From assembly GCA_964187785.1 (NCBI GenBank), contig OZ076409.1:28088001-28152000 (forward strand): a stretch of DNA of 64,000 nucleotides, given 5' to 3'. The stretch is from Amphiscolops sp. MND2022. Lineage: Eukaryota. This document shows positions 58,102 to 64,000 of the stretch, one piece after another. Position 1 is the first letter of the stretch; each line of letters begins with the position of its first letter. A program made the position numbers and the translations under genes. The notes under the pieces were generated by a model. That model made no database searches, was not told the origin of the DNA, and saw only the letters and a program-made list of their open reading frames with translations.

Positions 58102-60007
58102 GAAATTTACTTTCAAAGGTTTTTGTGATGTGGTGTCAGAAAAGGACCCTGACTGATTTCAGGAAATTGCTATTAAGTGAATGACTAACTTTCTTTTTAA
58201 AATCAACTTCCCTCTTCATCTTCTCATGTTGAGTGGATGTGTCACCGTATCTTGTTGCGATAGCTATTCTGAAGAAACTCCTATTAAAATAGCTTGAAGT
58301 TTTCACATGTGTTTTTAGGTTGCTAACAACCGTTTTTATAGTTTAAAATTTTAACCTAAATTTTTTTCCTGGTTTTCAATTTTTTTTGAAGCTGCATGAA
58401 GAATCCCGAACCTGGCTACAATTCCAAGCCTTGAGGCTGTACACGTGCTTGAAGAGCCAAGAAGGCTCATCTCGTGTCCAAATTGAATGTTAAAACTTCT
58501 GAAATATTTTTGATGGTTTTATTTTTCTACCATCATTCAGTTTCTTTCTTGAAGTTTTGTCGATTTCATTTTTAAAAAAGATCTATTCTTGAAGGCCACA
58601 AAGAATTTCCAATAGAAAATACTTCCTAGAAAATTTAAACTGCAACTAGCGTCACTTCGACGTGCTATTTTAGTAGCAGTGATTTCATCAGATGAGAAAT
58701 CAAAGTGTGAAAACAACGTGATCGTCTCGGTAATTTTCGATTTACCACCAAACGCTTACTGGCCTTCTAACTATTATTTTAAAACGTTGCATTTTCGTAT
58801 ATGAGTTTAATGCAACTTCTTGTCAGTTTTCTAATGCATTCACACGATTTCATTTTGAAATAGCATGAAAATACTCTATAGATTTGGAAAATTTTGGTGT
58901 CTTTAGCTGTTTCACTGTTTTTTGGGTACTTTTTATAGGCATTGTCCCAGGCGTCCGCCTGTGATGGAAATCTTTATACAATCAGTCACGACTACAGGAA
59001 GGCGCAGCCCAACACCCTCCCACTGAATTAAGTTTTACAAGCAAAACTATATTTGTTGCTTTAAAAAGTCATGTAAAACTCTATATATTTCATTTTGTAC
59101 AAGTTATATTATGTAATTCTATGTATTAATACGAGTTACTTGGACACCAAGGCGTACAGGTAAAGGAAACGCGTTCAAATGTTTTCTTGCCTGTCGCCTT
59201 GGTCCGCAAGTCCGACTAACTCGTCATCCAATCATAGCGCAGTGTTATGTAACCTTTACTCGTGCTAGCTTAATAGATTAAAGGACTAGACAGCTATATG
59301 CCGCCTGCTAATAAAGCGCCGGGCTGTACCAGTCTATTGGACACTGAGTCCGCGCTTTAATTGAGAGTGCTATTCTATCTAGCAGTACTGGTTATGTAAT
59401 AATTAATCTTTTGATAACTAATAAAAGGCGCTATTGGTCCTCAAAGGACTGATTTAATATTTTAGACTTAGTTTGATGGTGTTGCTTCATATGTAATTTG
59501 CGCAATATATTTAGTTTAGAATATATGTAAAATTACTATCTATACATGTAGTAAGCATTTCATACATGTAATATGTATTTCATACATGTAGTACGTTGCT
59601 CAGTATGCATGTAAGCAGTTGCTTGTCCTAACGGACTCATGGTCCCGCCGCCATATTTGCCGCCAAGAGGGACCTTTGATATATATGATGTAATGTTGAC
59701 ATATTTATTTACCTGCTACTTGCTATTTATAGATCTATAAAATCTACCTGCTATTTATAGATTGTAGCTATATTTAGAAAGCCCTTAAGGCTATTTTTAG
59801 AATATGATCACCATTTTATTGAGTGTCATGCAGATTCAAATATATATAACCGGGACTGGTGGTCCCGGGGACAGAATTATTCTGACGATACTTTGATACG
59901 TTACTGTTGCATTACTGTTGCGAACTGTTTATTAAAACTACCCGTTCATTTTCACTTTGCAAGCCCGAGATATTAATTTAAATTCTTGCCTCTTGCAATA
60001 ATCTCTT

Positions 60008-61501
60008 ATGCCTTCTACTAGACGTCAAAAGGCCAAAGCTAGGAGATCTAGAGAAATGGACATGCTGTCCGACTATGATAACCTAGATGTGATGCTGGGA
60101 AATGAAAATAATAATCCCATTGAAAGAGAACTAGCCGAAGTGATAGATCAGTCGTCGGCCCACGGGGACGATGATACAAACGTGTACCATGAAAATGAGT
60201 TCAGAGATTACTTACATGAAAATGAACCTTTGAGGCAAAACGAAGTCAGACAATCCTTTGAGGCCTTTTCAAGTGAGTTTAATCTTAGATTGTCTCAAGA
60301 AATGGAATCTATGATGTCAATAATGCATAGCCAAATAAATAGAGCTATAACAACAGCTATAGCTGAAAGAGTTATTCCAGAAATTCAGAATATTGCGAAC
60401 TCGATGTCCTCTATGGGACACAGGGACACTGAGGCCAGTTCGTCCCCAAATAGTCAGGAGAACAGGGAAAGCGCACCCGGGCCTAAAATAAAAATTGCAA
60501 AGAAAGATTCAAGATCTGTAGGTGACTTAAGAGATACCATGGGTCATGGTTCTTACATGGTGACAGGAGCTACCGACACCCAACCGCAAATTCCCGAATT
60601 TCTGACCGGACGAATCCACTCAATCCCGAACCTAGAGAGACAACAATCCACACACAATATCTCTCTGGACACGACTCTGCCAGCCCCGGCCCCAGAGGCT
60701 CCTGAACCTCCTCAGGACCCGTTTAATAGACTAGCCGACGTATTGGTCAATTTGCAAAACAAACCGCAATCTATGACCATCAGACCCGTACAAACAACCC
60801 CGATGACATTTGATGGGAAAAGTGAAAAATTTGAGCTCTTTGAGGACTTGTTCCATACGATGATCAAAATGCAGCCCACAATGTCAGAACAAATGAAAAT
60901 TAATCACTTTCATTCTTTGCTACAAAAGGGAGCATTACAGACATTCAGGAACATAAACTCAATCAACCGTCAAACTCTCGAGGACGTACTGGTCATATTC
61001 CGGAGGAAATATGTCAAACCGGAATCACAAGCAACGGCAAAGCATAAATGGCACCGATTGACCTTCGATCCAAGTACAATGAAACTACCAGACTTCTTGG
61101 AAGAACTGAACCAAGGTGCAGAAAAAGCATTTGGGGAAAACGCTAAAAGCATGATTGACAGCTTGTTATACGCGAAATTACCCCCAAAACTGAAACGATC
61201 TGTCAACATGGCCCGTCTGGAGAATGGCACGTATGAAGAAATAGTTGCTCATCTTGAAAGAGAACTGGAACTCAATGCATTAGAAGAGTCAGATGATCTG
61301 CCAATGGCCACTATGGCCTCGGCGTCCACGAGCCATAACAACTTACTGTCCAATGGTATCAACACAAATAAAGACGCCCAATGCTCATACTGCAAGGCGA
61401 CGGGTCACTATTACAAAAACTGCCCGAAACTCAAGAAGAAAAAGGAAACGGAGGACAAAGACGGTAAAAAAACCTCAGCGTCCAACTTACCCACCGTGTG
61501 A
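60008..61501 (+). CDS. gag: Gag-like protein (497 aa) with CCHC zinc knuckle
   Basis: FDGKSEKFELFEDLF capsid-type motif; CSYCKATGHYYKNC. Confidence 0.85.
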   Translation: MPSTRRQKAKARRSREMDMLSDYDNLDVMLGNENNNPIERELAEVIDQSSAHGDDDTNVYHENEFRDYLHENEPLRQNEVRQSFEAFSSEFNLRLSQEMESMMSIMHSQINRAITTAIAERVIPEIQNIANSMSSMGHRDTEASSSPNSQENRESAPGPKIKIAKKDSRSVGDLRDTMGHGSYMVTGATDTQPQIPEFLTGRIHSIPNLERQQSTHNISLDTTLPAPAPEAPEPPQDPFNRLADVLVNLQNKPQSMTIRPVQTTPMTFDGKSEKFELFEDLFHTMIKMQPTMSEQMKINHFHSLLQKGALQTFRNINSINRQTLEDVLVIFRRKYVKPESQATAKHKWHRLTFDPSTMKLPDFLEELNQGAEKAFGENAKSMIDSLLYAKLPPKLKRSVNMARLENGTYEEIVAHLERELELNALEESDDLPMATMASASTSHNNLLSNGINTNKDAQCSYCKATGHYYKNCPKLKKKKETEDKDGKKTSASNLPTV

Positions 61502-64000
61502 CACATGTGGCAAAAAGAACCACCCAATAATCAAATACAGCCAAACAATCAAGGATACAAAAGGAATTCCCACTGTTGTCTGGCAGCAACAAATGGATAA
61601 AGCCTGTATTCGAACTTATAAAATAGTACATAATGATCGCCCAGACCGATTTTACGAAATCGACTATACTAAAGACTTCGAGACTCAATTCCGTCCCTTA
61701 CCCTTGATCGAAGATTATCACCCTCATTACCCCGATCCTGATTACGGCAAAGACCCGTATTGGGACGACGAAATCTACGACAGACAAAAACTCCAGTTTA
61801 GACAAGACGAATATCCACCAACGGACGACGAGGATGATCCCCCGATAGTGGACAACAAACTATCCAGGGCCCTCATTGAACTTTGGCAGCCAAATTCCGA
61901 AGCACTGTTAGAAGAAATAGAGGAAACTCAAGAGCAAGAAGACTTTCAAGGCCCCGACAGCCTTTTAGACGAAACAGCCTTCTTGCACATTCTAGTGGAA
62001 AAACAAGGAGAACCGTCATACGTTCCCCTCTCCACCAACCTTGGCCTCAAAATCAAAAGGCGGATGCTATATTTCCCAATGGACTTTGGAGAACTAACAT
62101 TAGATGGTCTCGTAGACACTGGGGCCCACTACAGCGCGATACCAGAAGCTGACCTTAGGAAAATACGGCTACTTGCACCCCAATAAATAGTGAAAGAGGG
62201 TCCTGCCCCGTCATTCCAAATTATGGTCGCAAATGGAGACCTGGAAACTCCGAAGAGTACAGTAGAACTGAAGTTCGAAGTAGGGGACATAGAGTTCCAC
62301 GAAATCTTCATAGTGATGGAAAAGTTATCCAGCCCCATAATTGGACTTATGTTCTTACAAAGAAACCACACAGTCCTAGATATGCGCCAAGGCTTACTTA
62401 ACTTTCCCTTCTTCTCGATGCAATTGAAAACAGCTGACCATAAGTACTCCAATGTAATGGAACCTATCCTCAACCCCGAGGATATAACGATTCCGCCAAA
62501 TGGACGTACAATCATCCCTATCCAATCTCAAATTTATGCAGAAAACGCTGTCACTGGAATCTTACAACCCAGTGACCTTCTAAACGAAGAAAATGATATA
62601 ACATTTTGTGCCGCCATAGTCACACTGGACGAAGGGACTACGAGGATCCATGTCAACAACTTCACAGACCAACCCTTCAAACTCAAAAAAGGGATGCACA
62701 TAGCGAATTTCTCAGTGATGACTCCAGAGCAAATGAAACATGTTAGGCCAATAGACCCAGTGTCCACTTGGCACCTACTCAATGAAAATGAAGAAGATGC
62801 TATTTATTACATCAGTAGCCTTCTCAAAGCCAACAGGAACAATGACCAATACGAACAATACTGGTTTCCAACACCCGAAAACCCAGGGGACGAAGAGTCC
62901 CATACTCCAATACAAAAGAGAATTCTTAGAGAATTACGAAACCTGCAAGAAGCAGAAAAACTAAATCCACAAGACAATGAAGAATCTCGACAAAAATTCC
63001 TCAGTAATTTTGACTGGAAGGACTCAATGCTACAACAACATGAAATCAAACAGATAGAAGCGCTATTAGTCGAATTTCACGACATATTTGCCCGTCATAG
63101 GTTTGACATTGGTATGAATGAGGAGTTCACGGTCAAATTGACCCCGAAGGACGACTCTCCTGCCTACAGCCAGAGCTTACCAACTCCGGTCAATTTGAAA
63201 GAGGACATATTGGTCGAATTAGCGTCACTACACAAATATAGTATTATAACAACATTACCATTCTCAAAGTACGCTAGCCCTATCTTTGCACAAAAGAAGC
63301 CTAATGGGAAACTGCGACTACTGGTAGACCTCCGGAAGATCAACAATCTCATTTCTGACGACTATATCAACAACAACCATCCAGTCAGCACCTTAACGGA
63401 CGCTGCACAACATATGGCCGGAAAGAAACTTTTCTGTAAGCTTGACTGTTCGCAAGCGTACCACTGCCTTCAAATGGCGGACCAACGGTCTATAGAGATG
63501 TTGGCCTTCAACTTTGCCAGCCGAACGTTTGCATATCGAAGATTGGCCCAAGGTCTCAGTAGAGCCTTATCGGCATTCTCCAGTTTTATGAGAGAATATT
63601 TGGACCGTGTCATCAAAGCCGATCAATGTGCCCAATACGTGGATGATATTGGCATCGCGGCCAACGACGCTGAGCATCTCATTAAAAATCTCAGAGCAAC
63701 TTTCGAATGCATCCGAGAGGCTGGATTGAAATTAACGATGCATAAATGCCACTTTGGAGCAACTGAGATTGATTTCTTAGGAAGGACAATCACCCCTGAG
63801 GGCGTCAAGCCCCAGAAGGAACGAGTCATACAATTCCTAGAAAAAACGAAATTCCCAAAATCCAAAAAAGCCTTACAACGTTACCTCGGATTCCTTAATT
63901 ATTATAGAAACTACATACCGAGGTTATCAGAAAAATTAGTCCCTTTCTTTCAACTATTAAAGAAAGACGAAAAGGTCTTAGTCACAACGGAATTGATTGA
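61473..64000 (+). pseudogene. pol: pol (protease, dUTPase-like spacer, reverse transcriptase) with an in-frame TAA at 62184
   Basis: LVDTGA protease; KKPNGKLRLLVDLRKIN, KLDCSQAY, RRLAQGL, QYVDDI, KCHF, FLG RT motifs; open from 62187 to the window end. Confidence 0.9.

Larger units (their letters stand above)
58960..64000 (+). mobile_element. Gypsy/retrovirus-like LTR retroelement, defective, truncated by window end
   Basis: Putative LTR from TGTGAT at ~58960 (left boundary uncertain), TATA at 59841, gag with CCHC, protease DTGA, RT with YVDD. Confidence 0.9.

Overview
AT-rich, repeat-dense animal genomic DNA with spliceosomal introns. The repeat landscape suggests an acoel/invertebrate genome, but that is inference only. 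Three host genes are visible. (1) A + strand multi-exon FRMD4/INAVA-family gene with a clear CUPID domain (~7.9-27.2 kb; 5' end unresolved). (2) A complete 13-exon polo-like kinase on the - strand (54846->34994, ~626 aa). (3) A poorly resolved small-exon gene on the - strand at ~28.1-34.6 kb. Introns and intergenic DNA hold many elements: Helentron/HINE-like repeats that often carry tRNA-like segments, pogo/Tigger and hAT remnants and MITEs, foldback-like elements with 9-bp TSDs, a decayed LINE, a decayed LTR element (37353-44557, TSD GACAG, tRNA-Asn-like PBS) and a related solo LTR (56482-58101, TSD GAAAT). The window ends in a Gypsy/retrovirus-like element whose gag ORF appears to start ~550 nt inside the LTR. 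All exon boundaries were read by hand from GT/GC-AG sites and phase compatibility.
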